This document shows positions 32,603-42,668 of a stretch of 64,000 nucleotides of DNA, one piece after another. The DNA lies in assembly GCA_963846365.1 (NCBI GenBank), contig CAWJVN010000008.1:120072-184071 (forward strand), read 5' to 3'. Below the pieces are notes generated by a model that was not told the origin of the DNA, did not search any database, and saw only the letters and a program-made list of their open reading frames with translations. Source of the stretch: an uncultured Chloroflexia bacterium. Lineage in GTDB: Bacteria; Chloroflexota; Dormibacteria; Aeolococcales; Aeolococcaceae. The first letter of the stretch is position 1; each line of letters opens with the position of its first letter. A program made the position numbers and the translations under genes.

Positions 32603-33127
32603 GTGTCCGCCCACCAGACCACATCCCGTCTCGACGACGACACCTTCGACGCCTTCTCGGACGGACGGCCCGTCCAGGAGGTGCCGGACGGCCTCGAGCC
32701 TGCCGGCCGCCGCGGCCGCCGCCGGCGCGGAGGCGGTCCGCGCACACCCCTGCCGCTGCTGCCGTTCATCCTGCTGGTGGCGGTGATCGGCATCGCCTAC
32801 GTGGCCCAGTCGGCCCACCTCACCCAGGCGACCTTCCAGGCCACCCGCCTCTCCGCCGAGCAGGCGGCGCTGCGCGACGAGAACAGCCGTCTCGGTGACG
32901 AGCTCGACCGGCTGCGCTCGGGTGCGCGCATCGGCGCCGCCGCCCAGTCGCTGGGGCTGCGGCCGCCGTCGAAGTGGGCGTACGTGGCCGCGGTGCCGGT
33001 GCCGGTGAGCGTGCCCGCCGCGCCCGGTGCGCTGGGCCGGCCCCCCGGTGGCGACCCGATGGAGCGGCTGGTGGCGGCGCTCCGGGGCAGCTTCGGAGCC
33101 GACGAGGTCGAGGCGGCGGCGCCGTGA
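32603..33127 (+). CDS. ftsL: Cell division protein FtsL-like
   Basis: One TM helix plus coiled coil ending RIGAAAQSLGL; lies between rsmH and the PBP gene. Confidence 0.75.
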   Translation: MSAHQTTSRLDDDTFDAFSDGRPVQEVPDGLEPAGRRGRRRRGGGPRTPLPLLPFILLVAVIGIAYVAQSAHLTQATFQATRLSAEQAALRDENSRLGDELDRLRSGARIGAAAQSLGLRPPSKWAYVAAVPVPVSVPAAPGALGRPPGGDPMERLVAALRGSFGADEVEAAAP

Positions 33128-34932
33128 CCGAGCGCCGGCGACCGTCCGCACCGCCCACGCGCAGGCCGAGGGGCGAGACACCACCGGCGAGACGGCCCGC
33201 GGTGCGTGGCTGGTTCGTCGCCGACGCGCCCGACTTCCGCCTTCGCGGCGTCTGGCTGCTCGTCGTCTTCGGCGTCCTGACCGTGGTGCTCTCGCTGCGG
33301 CTCGCCGACGTGCAGCTGCGCCAGCACAGCGACCTGGCGGCGGCGGCGGCGCGGCAGCACGGGATCGACATCACCCTGCGCGCCCACCGCGGCCGCATCC
33401 TCGACCGCGAGGGCTCGCTGCTCGCCGGCGACGTGCCCGTGTACAGCATCTTCGCGGACCCCGGGGTGATTCCCCCTGACCAGCGCCACTCCGTCGCCGA
33501 GCGGGTGGCGCCGGTGCTCGGCATGGGCCCGTCGCACCTCGAGTCGCTGATGGCCCAGCCCGGCCGGTTCGTCTACCTCGCCAAGCGCGTGGACGAGGCG
33601 GTCACCACCCGGCTGCGGGCGTTGAAGGTCTACGGCATCGGGATCATCCCCGAGGACCAGCGCAGCTACAGCCCGTCGCCGCTGCCCGGCGTCTCGTTCG
33701 CCAGCAACCTGCTCGGCTTCGTCGACCACGACGGCCACGGCCAGTACGGCATCGAGTCCTACTACGAGAAGCTGCTGCGCGGCCAGGACGGCATCGAGTC
33801 GACGCTGCGCGACGTCGCCGGCAACCCGATCGTGCTCAGCAACGAGCAGCGCCGCGACGCCCGCAACGGCAGCGACCTGCGGCTCGGCCTCGACTCCAAG
33901 CTGCAGTACTGGGCGGAGCAGGCGCTCGCCAGGGGGGTGAGCACCGACGGCCAGGCGGACTCGGGGACGCTGATGGTGATGGACACCAGGACCGGCGCCA
34001 TCCGCGCCTGGGCCGACTACCCCTCGTACGACGCCAACCACTACTCGTCGAGCGACATCGGCCTCTTCCGCGACAGCGCCGTCGACAACCTCTACGAGCC
34101 CGGCTCGGTGATGAAGGTGATCACCTTCGCCGGCGGTCTCGACCACAGGGTCTTCACCCCGGACCAGACCATCAACGAGAGCCAGCAGACCATCGGCGGC
34201 TTCCTCATCCACGACTGGGACAACCGGTCCCACGGCAAGGTGACCTTCCAGTGGGTGCTCGACAACTCGCTGAACAACGGCGCCATCGAGGTGATGCGCC
34301 GGACCGGGAAGGACGCCTACTACCAGAACCTGCTCGCCTTCGGGATCGGCTCGCCCACCGGCATCGACGTCGCCGGCGAGGTGAACCAGCCGCTGCGCCA
34401 GCAGCGCAGCTGGACCGACGTCGACTACGCCACCGCCTCCTTCGGGCAGCAGGTCCAGGCCACCCCGGTGGAGATGCTGGCCGCGGTCAACGCCGTCGCC
34501 AACGGCGGCGTCTGGGTGCAGCCGCACGCGGTCGAGGCGATCATCGACCCCGGAACCCGGGCGGAGACGCCGGTGGTGCCGCGCACCCGGCAGGTGATGT
34601 CCGCGGACGCCGCCCACCAGCTCGCCCACATGATGACCGGCGTCGTCGAGGACAAGGGCGCGTCCGGGTTCCTCGCCAAAATCCCGGCATTCAAGGGCCT
34701 GATCGGGGGTAAGACCGGAACCGCCAGCGTCGCCGTCAACGGCGCCTACGGGGCCGACATCATCGCCTCGTTCGTCGGCTTCCTGCCCGTCGACAATCCC
34801 CAGTTCACCGCCTTCGTGATCATCCGCAAGCCGCACGAGAGCAAGGTTCCCCACGAGGGCGCCTACCTCGCCGCGCCGGTCTGGAAGAGCGTCGCCCAGC
34901 TCGCGGTCGACGCCTGGAGAATCGTCCCGTGA
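33124..34932 (+). CDS. ftsI: Class B penicillin-binding protein FtsI
   Basis: RGRILDR, YEPGSVMK (SxxK), SLN (SxN), KTGT. Confidence 0.92.
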   Translation: MTERRRPSAPPTRRPRGETPPARRPAVRGWFVADAPDFRLRGVWLLVVFGVLTVVLSLRLADVQLRQHSDLAAAAARQHGIDITLRAHRGRILDREGSLLAGDVPVYSIFADPGVIPPDQRHSVAERVAPVLGMGPSHLESLMAQPGRFVYLAKRVDEAVTTRLRALKVYGIGIIPEDQRSYSPSPLPGVSFASNLLGFVDHDGHGQYGIESYYEKLLRGQDGIESTLRDVAGNPIVLSNEQRRDARNGSDLRLGLDSKLQYWAEQALARGVSTDGQADSGTLMVMDTRTGAIRAWADYPSYDANHYSSSDIGLFRDSAVDNLYEPGSVMKVITFAGGLDHRVFTPDQTINESQQTIGGFLIHDWDNRSHGKVTFQWVLDNSLNNGAIEVMRRTGKDAYYQNLLAFGIGSPTGIDVAGEVNQPLRQQRSWTDVDYATASFGQQVQATPVEMLAAVNAVANGGVWVQPHAVEAIIDPGTRAETPVVPRTRQVMSADAAHQLAHMMTGVVEDKGASGFLAKIPAFKGLIGGKTGTASVAVNGAYGADIIASFVGFLPVDNPQFTAFVIIRKPHESKVPHEGAYLAAPVWKSVAQLAVDAWRIVP

Positions 34933-35022
34933 GGGGGAAGGCTGTCAGCGAGGAACGAGCTGATGGCCTGGGGGAGGCCCCCCCAACATTGCGCGCGTCA
35001 GCGCGCAGAGCCGTGAGGGGGA
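34927..35022 (+). repeat. 84-bp hairpin-rich unit bounded by 12-bp direct repeats (MIRU/REP-like)
   Basis: CCGTGAGGGGGA at 34927 and 35011; internal stems AGGCTGTCAGC/GCTGATGGCCT, GGGGG/CCCCC and TGCGCGC/GCGCGCA. Confidence 0.65.
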
Positions 35023-35135
35023 TCGGGAGGGGGCTCGTGCCCGGGGGGCTGACGGCGGGAGGAGGATGGGCGCACGCGCCCACCTCTCCCGCCCCTCCGA
35101 AACCGTCGGCCGGGCTTCCCCGTACCATCCACGCG

Positions 35136-36509
35136 ATGGTGCTCACCCCGGCGGACCTGGCACGCCTGTTCGGCGGCCGCCTCGAGGGCGCGGGTGAGCG
35201 CTGCGCTCCGCTCGCCGCGATCGAGACGGACTCGCGCCGCGCCGGGCCGGGCAGCGCCTTCGTCGCGCTCGCCGGCGAGCGCATGGACGGCCACGCCTAC
35301 GTGGCCGCGGCGGCCGCCGCCGGGGCGGTGCTCGCGGTGGTCGCCGAGGGCCGCGCCCTGCCCGACGGGCACCCGCCGCTGCTGCTCCGCGTCGACGACA
35401 CCGGCCTGGCCCTGCGACGCGCCTGCGGCGCCCGGCTCGCCGAGCTCGGCTGTGCCGTGATCGGGGTCACCGGAAGCGTCGGCAAGACCTCGGCGAAGGA
35501 GCTCTGCGCCCTCGCCCTCGGCGGCCGCGACGCCGCCGCCACCGCCGGCAACCTCAACACCTGGACGGGCATCCCCCTCTCGGTGCTGGGGCTGCGTCCG
35601 CCGGTCGGGGTCTTCGTCGCCGAGATGGCGATGTCCGCCCCCGGGGAGATCCGCGACCTCGCGTCCTTCACCCGCCCGGTCACCGGGGTGCTGCTCAACA
35701 TCGGCCTCTCCCACGTCGAGCTGCTCGGCTCGCTCGCCGCCATCGGCGACGCCAAGGCCGAGCTGCTCGAGGCGCTGCCCCCGGACGGGTCGGCGATCTG
35801 CAACGCCGACGACCCCGAGGTGCGCCGCGTCGCCGGGCGCAGCCCCGCGCCGGTGACCTGGTTCGGGCTCGACGCCGCCGCCGACTATCACGCGGTCGAG
35901 GTGGCCGGCGACGGGCTGGAGGGGGTGCGCTGCCGCCTCGTCGGCCCCGACGGCAGCGCACCGCTGAGGCTGCGCGTCCCCGGGCTCCACACCGTCCGCA
36001 ACGCCTGCGCCGCCGCCGCCGTCGCCGGGCGCCACGGGGTCGGCATCGCCGAGGCCGCCGAGCGCCTCGCCGCCTTCGCGGCCCCGCCCCAGCGCGGCGT
36101 GGTCCGCCGCGGTGCCGGGGGTGCGGAGATCGTCGACGACAGCTACAACGCCAGCCCGGCGTCGGTCGCCGCCGCGCTCGAGGTGCTCGCCGGCAGCGGC
36201 GCCCCGCGGCGGCTGGCGGTGCTCGGCGACATGCTCGAGCTCGGCGACCACGCCGGCCCCGCCCACGCCGAGGCGGGACGCCAGGCGGCGCGCGCCGCCA
36301 CGTCGCTCATCGCCGTCGGCGAGCACGCCGCGCTGATGGTCGAGGCGGCGGTCGCGGCGGGCATGCCCCGGGAGCGCGCCCGGGTCGCCGGCGACGTCGA
36401 GGAGGCCGCCAGCATGGCCCGCGCCCAGTGCGACAGCGGCACCGTGGTGCTGGTGAAGGCCAGCCACGGGGTGGCGCTGGAGCGGGTGGTGGAGAGCCTG
36501 CTGCGATGA
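35136..36509 (+). CDS. murF: UDP-MurNAc-tripeptide:D-Ala-D-Ala ligase
   Basis: TDSR, DGH, GVTGSVGKTS, EMAM, DDSYNASP, VLGDMLELG, LVKASHG. Confidence 0.95.
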   Translation: MVLTPADLARLFGGRLEGAGERCAPLAAIETDSRRAGPGSAFVALAGERMDGHAYVAAAAAAGAVLAVVAEGRALPDGHPPLLLRVDDTGLALRRACGARLAELGCAVIGVTGSVGKTSAKELCALALGGRDAAATAGNLNTWTGIPLSVLGLRPPVGVFVAEMAMSAPGEIRDLASFTRPVTGVLLNIGLSHVELLGSLAAIGDAKAELLEALPPDGSAICNADDPEVRRVAGRSPAPVTWFGLDAAADYHAVEVAGDGLEGVRCRLVGPDGSAPLRLRVPGLHTVRNACAAAAVAGRHGVGIAEAAERLAAFAAPPQRGVVRRGAGGAEIVDDSYNASPASVAAALEVLAGSGAPRRLAVLGDMLELGDHAGPAHAEAGRQAARAATSLIAVGEHAALMVEAAVAAGMPRERARVAGDVEEAASMARAQCDSGTVVLVKASHGVALERVVESLLR

Positions 36510-37492
36510 TCCGCCCGCTGATCGCGTTCGCCGTTTCGCTGCTCGCCGGCCTCGTCCTCTACCCGGCGGTGATCGCCACCCTGGCGCGCCTCAAGGCGGG
36601 CCAGCGGGTGCAGAGCTACGGGCCCGCGTCGCACCTGGTCAAGGCGGGGACGCCGACCATGGGCGGGATCGTCTTCTGCGCCATCCCGGTCGCCGCCTGG
36701 CTGATCCTCGACCACGGCCGCGCCGGGTTCCTCGCCGTCTTCGCGATCGTGGCCGGCGCCGCCATCGGGGTGGTCGACGACCTCGCCAACATCCGCGGAC
36801 GCGGCGCGCTCGGCCTGCTGGGACGGCAGAAGCTCGTCCTCCAGCTGCTCGTCGGCGTGCTCCTCGGCGCCGGGCTGGATGCCGCCTCGCTCACCGTCGA
36901 GGTGATCCCCGGGGCCGGCGCCGTCGACCTCCACTGGGGGATCATCCCGCTGGCCGCGTTCGCGGTGGTGGCCTGCAGCAACGCGGTGAACCTCACCGAC
37001 GGCGTCGACGGCCTCGCCGGCTCCTGCTCGGTGATCGCGCTGGTGACGCTGTGGGCGCTGGCCCAGCACTCCGGCAACGCCCCGGTGGCGATCGTGAGCG
37101 CCTCCCTCTGCGGCGGGGTTCTGGCCTTCCTCTTCTACAACTGGTGGCCGGCGCGGGTGTTCATGGGAGACACCGGCTCGCTGGCCCTGGGCTGCGCCCT
37201 GGTGGCGCTGACCGCCGAGCTCCGGCTGCTCTGGCTGCTGCCGCTGCTCGGCGCCGTCTTCGTCGCCGAGACCCTCTCGGTGATCATCAACGTCACCGCG
37301 ATCACCCGCTTCGGCCGCCGCGTCTTCCGCGCCAGCCCGCTCCACCACCACTTCGAGGAGCTCGGGCTGCGCGAGCAGCGGCTGGTGGTCTGCTTCGCCG
37401 GCGCCGCCGCGGTCGCAGCCCTGCTCTGTGTCGCGCTCGCCCTGCCCTCGGGGGTGGGGGCAGGGCTGAGCGCGGGCGTCACCCACCGATGA
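36506..37492 (+). CDS. mraY: Phospho-MurNAc-pentapeptide transferase
   Basis: KAGTPTMGG, NAVNLTDGVDGLA, FMGDTGSLALG, SPLHHHFE. Confidence 0.96.
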   Translation: MIRPLIAFAVSLLAGLVLYPAVIATLARLKAGQRVQSYGPASHLVKAGTPTMGGIVFCAIPVAAWLILDHGRAGFLAVFAIVAGAAIGVVDDLANIRGRGALGLLGRQKLVLQLLVGVLLGAGLDAASLTVEVIPGAGAVDLHWGIIPLAAFAVVACSNAVNLTDGVDGLAGSCSVIALVTLWALAQHSGNAPVAIVSASLCGGVLAFLFYNWWPARVFMGDTGSLALGCALVALTAELRLLWLLPLLGAVFVAETLSVIINVTAITRFGRRVFRASPLHHHFEELGLREQRLVVCFAGAAAVAALLCVALALPSGVGAGLSAGVTHR

Positions 37493-38868
37493 CCGCCGGC
37501 CGCACCGCGGTGGTGATCGGCCTCGGCCTCAGCGGCGCCGCCTGCGCCCGGGTGCTGAGCGCCGAGGGCTGGCGGGTGCGCGTCGTCGACCGCGGCGAGG
37601 GCGAGGCCCAGCGGCGGATGGCGGCGACCCTCCCGGCCGGCGTCGAGGTGGTGCTCGGCGGCTATCCCGACGGTGTCGCCGCCGGCGCCGCGATGGTCTG
37701 TCCCAGCCCCGGGGTGCCCTGGGATGCCCCGGTGCTGGAGGACGCCCGGCGCCGCGGGGTGCCGGTGCGCAGCGAGATCGACCTGGTCTTCGAGCGCTGC
37801 CCGGCGCCGGTGGCCGGGGTCACCGGCACCAACGGCAAGACCACCACGACCGCGCTGCTCGGCGCCGTGCTCGCCGGCGGCGGGAGCCGCGTCCACGTGG
37901 GCGGCAACATCGGCGAGACCATGCTCGACCGCCTCGGGGAGGTGTCGGCGGGCGACTGGGTGGTCCTCGAGCTGTCCTCCTTCCAGCTGGAGTCGGCGGC
38001 GGCGCCGCGCTGCCGGCTGGCCACGGTGCTCAACCTCACCCCCGACCACCTCGACCGCCACGGCACCATGGAGCGATACGGTGCGGCCAAGCGGCGGCTG
38101 GTGGAGTCGGCCGACCCGGCGGGCGCGGTCGCCCTCAACGGCGCCGACCCGCTCACCCGCGCGATGGCGGCGGCGTCGCCGGCGCGGGTGCTGCTCTTCG
38201 ACGCCGACCCGGCCGGCCTCGGCGGCGGCGACGGCGCCACCGTGCGCGACGGCGAGGTGGTGAGCGTCGAGGGTGGGGTCGAGGTGCCGGTGCTGCCGGT
38301 CGCGGAGATCCCGCTGCTGGGGGCGCACAACGTCGCCAACGTGCTCGCCGCGGTCGCGCTCGCCCGCGCCGCCGCGATCCCCTCCGCCGCGGTGGCCGCG
38401 GGGGTTCGGGGGTTCCGCGCCGTCGCCCACCGCCTCGAGCCGGTGCTGGAGAGCGACGGCGTCCTCTGGATCAACGACAGCAAGGCGACCAACGTCGACG
38501 CCGCGGTCACCGGGCTGCGCTCCCTCGGCGAGCGGCCGGTGGTCTGGATCGGCGGCGGCGGCAGCAAGGGGGTGGGGCCCGAGGCGCTCGCCGCCGAGGT
38601 GACCCGGCGGGCCCGCCATGCGATCGTCTGCGGGGCCACCGCCGCCGAGCTCGACGCCGCGCTCGCCGCCGCCGGGTGCACCGCGCGCACCCGCACCGGC
38701 ACCCTCGCCGAGGCGGTCGCCGCCGCCCACCGCATCGCCCGCCCCGGCGACGCGGTGCTGCTCTCGCCCGGGTACACCAGCTTCGACCAGTTCTCCGGGT
38801 TCGAGGAGCGTGGCCGCGAGTTCGCACGGCTGGTACGCGAGCTCTGCGCCGCCGGGGGCCGCTGCTGA
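37489..38868 (+). CDS. murD: UDP-MurNAc-L-Ala:D-Glu ligase
   Basis: GTNGKTTT, GGNIG, ELSSFQLE, PDHLDRH, NDSKATN, LLSPG..SFDQF..FEERG. Confidence 0.96.
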   Translation: MTAGRTAVVIGLGLSGAACARVLSAEGWRVRVVDRGEGEAQRRMAATLPAGVEVVLGGYPDGVAAGAAMVCPSPGVPWDAPVLEDARRRGVPVRSEIDLVFERCPAPVAGVTGTNGKTTTTALLGAVLAGGGSRVHVGGNIGETMLDRLGEVSAGDWVVLELSSFQLESAAAPRCRLATVLNLTPDHLDRHGTMERYGAAKRRLVESADPAGAVALNGADPLTRAMAAASPARVLLFDADPAGLGGGDGATVRDGEVVSVEGGVEVPVLPVAEIPLLGAHNVANVLAAVALARAAAIPSAAVAAGVRGFRAVAHRLEPVLESDGVLWINDSKATNVDAAVTGLRSLGERPVVWIGGGGSKGVGPEALAAEVTRRARHAIVCGATAAELDAALAAAGCTARTRTGTLAEAVAAAHRIARPGDAVLLSPGYTSFDQFSGFEERGREFARLVRELCAAGGRC

Positions 38869-40265
38869 TGGCCGCCCCGGGCACCCGGCTGCGCACCCCC
38901 CCGCGTCCCGCCCCGGGGACGCGGCCCGCGCCCCGGCGCCCGGCGCCCCGCACCCCGCCGGCCCGGCCCGCACCCCGCAGCGAGCGCCGCCCCACCGCCC
39001 CGGTGGAGAGCTTCCGCCGCCCCTTCTCGGCGCGGAGCGCGGGCGCCGCCGCCCGGGCGACGGTGACCTCCTTCTCGCAGATCGACGGCTGGCTGCTGGC
39101 CCTCATCTCGGGGCTGTGCGCCTTCGGCCTGGTGATGGTCTACAGCGCCTCGGAGGCGCTCGGCTACGCGTGGTTCGGGAACCCCGGGTACTTCTTCCAG
39201 CGCCAGTTCGTCTGGCTCGCCGCCGGGGTGACGCTGATGCTGGTGGCGGCTCGGATCGACTATCACCGCTGGGCGCGGTGGTCGCGGCCGCTGGGGGTGA
39301 TGGTGGTGGTGCTGCTGGTGCTGGTGCTGGTGCCGCACATCGGCTCCGAGCGGCTCGGCGCGCGGCGCTGGTTCACCCTGGGCCCGCTCTCGATCCAGCC
39401 CTCGGCGGTGGCCACGATGGTGGCGATCATCTGGTTCGGGCGCTGGCTCACCGAGCGCGGGGCGGCGGTGCGGATGACCCGGACCGCCCGCCAGTACGCG
39501 GTGCTGCTCACCGTCCTGCTGCTCATGGTGGTGATGGAGCGCGACCTCGGCAGCGCGGTGGTGCTCGCCGCCATCGGCGTCGTGCTCGCCGCCCTCGGAG
39601 GCATGCGCAAGCGCCACCTCGCCCAGATCGCCGGCGGCCTGCTGGCGATGGGCTGGCTCGCCATCCACCTCGAGTCCTACCGGGCCAGCCGCCTCCACTC
39701 CTTCTGGGACCCCTTCAAGGACCCGCTGAACACCGGCTTCCAGCTGGTCCAGTCGCTCTACGCCCTGGGCAGCGGCGGGCTCGGCGGGGTGGGCCTGGGC
39801 AACTCCATCCAGAAATTCCAGTGGCTGCCCGAGGCCCACACCGACTTCATCTTCGCGATCATCGGCGAGGAGCTGGGCCTGATCGGCTGCCTCTCGGTCG
39901 TCGCCGCCTTCTTCCTGCTGGGCTGGAGGGGGGTGCGCGCCTCGATGCGGGCCCCCGACGCCTTCGGAGCCCTGCTCGCCGGCGGTATCGTCGCCTGGGT
40001 CTGCATTCAGGCCTTCATCAACATCGCCGCGGTCACCAACGTCCTTCCCACGACGGGGATCCCCCTGCCCTTCATCAGCAGTGGGGGCACCTCGTTGCTC
40101 ATGACCCTGGTGGCGTGCGGCGTGCTCTGCAACATCTCGGCCCAGGGCCGGGCACAGGGGGAATCGCGCCGTGCGCACGTTGATCGCTGGCGGGGGGACG
40201 GGGGGACACCTCACCCCCGCGCTGGCCGTCGCCCAGACGCTGCGACGCTCCGACCCCGCCGGTGA
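38868..40265 (+). CDS. ftsW: SEDS peptidoglycan polymerase FtsW
   Basis: VMVYSAS, GARRW, DLGS, LPEAHTDFIF, GEELG, TGIPLPFISSGGTS. Confidence 0.95.
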   Translation: MAAPGTRLRTPPRPAPGTRPAPRRPAPRTPPARPAPRSERRPTAPVESFRRPFSARSAGAAARATVTSFSQIDGWLLALISGLCAFGLVMVYSASEALGYAWFGNPGYFFQRQFVWLAAGVTLMLVAARIDYHRWARWSRPLGVMVVVLLVLVLVPHIGSERLGARRWFTLGPLSIQPSAVATMVAIIWFGRWLTERGAAVRMTRTARQYAVLLTVLLLMVVMERDLGSAVVLAAIGVVLAALGGMRKRHLAQIAGGLLAMGWLAIHLESYRASRLHSFWDPFKDPLNTGFQLVQSLYALGSGGLGGVGLGNSIQKFQWLPEAHTDFIFAIIGEELGLIGCLSVVAAFFLLGWRGVRASMRAPDAFGALLAGGIVAWVCIQAFINIAAVTNVLPTTGIPLPFISSGGTSLLMTLVACGVLCNISAQGRAQGESRRAHVDRWRGDGGTPHPRAGRRPDAATLRPRR

Positions 40266-41259
40266 GGTGATGCTCGCCGGCCGTCGCGGCGGCCTCGAGG
40301 AGCGGATGGTGGCCGCCGCCGGGCTGCCGCTGTTCACCCTGGCGGTGCGCGGGGTGGACAGCTCGCGCCCGCTCAGCGCCGCGCTCGCGCTGGCCCGGCT
40401 GCTGCCCGCGGTGATGGCCGCCCGGCGCATGCTCCGCGGCTTCGCCGCCGACGTGGTGGTGGGCGCCGCCGGCTACGTCTGCGTCCCGGTGGTGCTGGCG
40501 GCGCGGAGCCTGCGCATCCCGGTGGTGCTGATGGAGCAGAACGCGGTGCCCGGCCGCGCCGTGCGCCTGCTCGCCGGCAGCGCCCGCGCGGTCGCCGCCT
40601 CGTTCGCGGAGACCGCGGAGCGGCTGCCCCGCACCCGGGTGGTGCACACCGGCAATCCGGTGCGCGAGGAGGTGCGCGCCGCCGCCTCGGCACCGCTGCG
40701 CGAGAGCTGCGAGCACCTCCTGGTGATGGGCGGTTCGCAGGGGGCGCAGCGCATCAACCGGGCCCTCGGCGAGTGCCTCGTGCCCCTGCTCCAGGCCCGT
40801 CCCCGGCTGCGGGTCACCCACCAGTGCGGCGCCCGCGACGCCGAATGGGCGGCGCAGCTCGCCGCCTCGCTGCCCGAGCCGCTGCGGCAGCGCTACACGG
40901 TGGCGCCCTTCTTCGACGACATCGCCGGGCGCATCCGCGACGCCGACCTGGTGGCGATGCGCGCGGGCGGCTCCTCGCTCGCCGAGGTGAGCGTGCTCGG
41001 CCGCCCGATGCTGCTGATCCCCTATCCACACGCGCGCGCCCACCAGGTGGACAACGCCCTGCCCTACGTGCGCTGCGGTGCGGCGCGCATGCTCAGCGAC
41101 GAGGAGTGCACCGGCGAGCGGCTGCGCGCCGAGATCGAGGCGATCGCCGGCGACCCCGAGCGCTGGCGCGAGATGGCGCGGGCGAGCGTCGCCGCGGGCC
41201 GTCCCGACGCCGCCCAGCGGGTCGCCGAGCTGCTCGTGGAGGTGGCGTCGAGACCATGA
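40171..41259 (+). CDS. murG: Lipid I GlcNAc transferase
   Basis: AGGGTGGH, EQNAVPG, TGNPVR, GGSQGA, RAGGSS, HQVDNA. Confidence 0.96.
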   Translation: MRTLIAGGGTGGHLTPALAVAQTLRRSDPAGEVMLAGRRGGLEERMVAAAGLPLFTLAVRGVDSSRPLSAALALARLLPAVMAARRMLRGFAADVVVGAAGYVCVPVVLAARSLRIPVVLMEQNAVPGRAVRLLAGSARAVAASFAETAERLPRTRVVHTGNPVREEVRAAASAPLRESCEHLLVMGGSQGAQRINRALGECLVPLLQARPRLRVTHQCGARDAEWAAQLAASLPEPLRQRYTVAPFFDDIAGRIRDADLVAMRAGGSSLAEVSVLGRPMLLIPYPHARAHQVDNALPYVRCGAARMLSDEECTGERLRAEIEAIAGDPERWREMARASVAAGRPDAAQRVAELLVEVASRP

Positions 41260-42668
41260 CCGACCAGAGCCGTCACGTGCACTTCCTCGGCATCTGCGGG
41301 TACGCGGTGAGCGGCGCGGCGCTGCTCGCCCGCCAGCTCGGCTACACCGTCACCGGGTCGGACGAGGACGCCTACCCGCCCACCACCGACACCCTCACCG
41401 CCGCGGGCATCCCCTGGACCAACACCCACGTGGCCGAGAACCTCGATCGCTGGGGCACCCCCGACCTCGTCGTGGTCGGCAACCAGGTGCGCCCCGGCAA
41501 CGTGGAGTGGGAGGAGGCGCGCCGCCGCGGCCTGCCCACCACCAGCGAGGCCGAGTTCTACGGCGAGCTCACCGCCGACCGGATCCGGGTGGCGGTCTGC
41601 GGGACCCACGGGAAGAGCACCACCTCGTCGCTGCTCGCCCACATGCTCGAGGTGGCGGGGATGTCCCCGGGGTTCCGGCTCGGGGTGACCTCCCGCGACT
41701 TCGGGGTGAGCGCACGGCTGGGCAGCGGCCGGGTCTTCGTCATCGAGGGCGACGAGTACACCACCGCACCGTGGGACTCGCGGCCGAAGTTCCTCCACGC
41801 CCACCCCGAGCTCGCCTGCGTCACCCGGCTCGAGCTCGACCACCCCGACGTGTACGCCAGCTTCGAGGCCTACAAGGCGCCCTTCCTCCAGCTGGTCGCC
41901 ACCATGCCGCCCTCGGGGCTGGTGGCGCTCTGCGCCGACGACGCCGAGTGCCTCTCGCTCGCCTCCCACGCCGGCTGCGAGGTGACCACGTACGGCGGGG
42001 CGGAGGGCGCCGACTGGCGGATCATGTCGGAGCCGAACATCGCCGACTCGGGCACCCAGCGCTTCACCGTGACCACCGGCGGCGAGCGCATCGCGGTGGA
42101 GCTCAACGCCCCCGGCGCCCACAACCGGCAGAACGCGGTGGCGGCGCTGGTGCTGGCGCTCCGCCTCGGCGCGTCGCTGCCCGCCTGCCTGGACGCCTGC
42201 CGCAGCTTCCGCGGCGCCGCCCGGCGCTACGAGGTGGTGGGCCGGCCCGGCGGCGTGGTGGTGGTCGACGACTACGCGCACCATCCCACCGAGGTGGCCG
42301 CCACGGTGAGCGCGGCGCGGGACACCGCCGAGGGACGGGTGATCGCCGTGTACGTGCCCCACACCTACTCGCGCACCCTCACCCTGCTCGCCGACTACGC
42401 CACCAGCTTCGCCGGCGCCGACGAGGTGATGATCGGGCCGATCGAGCCCGCCCGCGAGCGCCACCTCGCGGGCACGGTGTCGAGCGCCGACGTCGCCGAG
42501 GTGGCATGCGCCAGCGCGCCCGCGATCAGCGTCGCCGGCTCCGACGAGGCGCTGGCGCGGGTGGTCGGCAGCGCCCGGTCCGGCGACGTGCTGCTGTGCA
42601 TGTCGGTGCGCGGCTTCGACGACTTCGCCCGGCGCGCGGTCACCGCTCTCGAGGGGCGCCGTGACTGA
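41256..42668 (+). CDS. murC: MurC/Mpl-family ligase at the murC position (Mpl-like signatures)
   Basis: HFLGICG, GTHGKSTT, EGDEY..PKFLH, DDYAHHPTE. Confidence 0.8.
   Translation: MTDQSRHVHFLGICGYAVSGAALLARQLGYTVTGSDEDAYPPTTDTLTAAGIPWTNTHVAENLDRWGTPDLVVVGNQVRPGNVEWEEARRRGLPTTSEAEFYGELTADRIRVAVCGTHGKSTTSSLLAHMLEVAGMSPGFRLGVTSRDFGVSARLGSGRVFVIEGDEYTTAPWDSRPKFLHAHPELACVTRLELDHPDVYASFEAYKAPFLQLVATMPPSGLVALCADDAECLSLASHAGCEVTTYGGAEGADWRIMSEPNIADSGTQRFTVTTGGERIAVELNAPGAHNRQNAVAALVLALRLGASLPACLDACRSFRGAARRYEVVGRPGGVVVVDDYAHHPTEVAATVSAARDTAEGRVIAVYVPHTYSRTLTLLADYATSFAGADEVMIGPIEPARERHLAGTVSSADVAEVACASAPAISVAGSDEALARVVGSARSGDVLLCMSVRGFDDFARRAVTALEGRRD

Noticed and set aside
40171-40265. 95-bp ftsW/murG overlap
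   Set aside because: A low-complexity run-on tail in a stop-poor frame; both genes are intact and such overlaps are unremarkable at this GC content.
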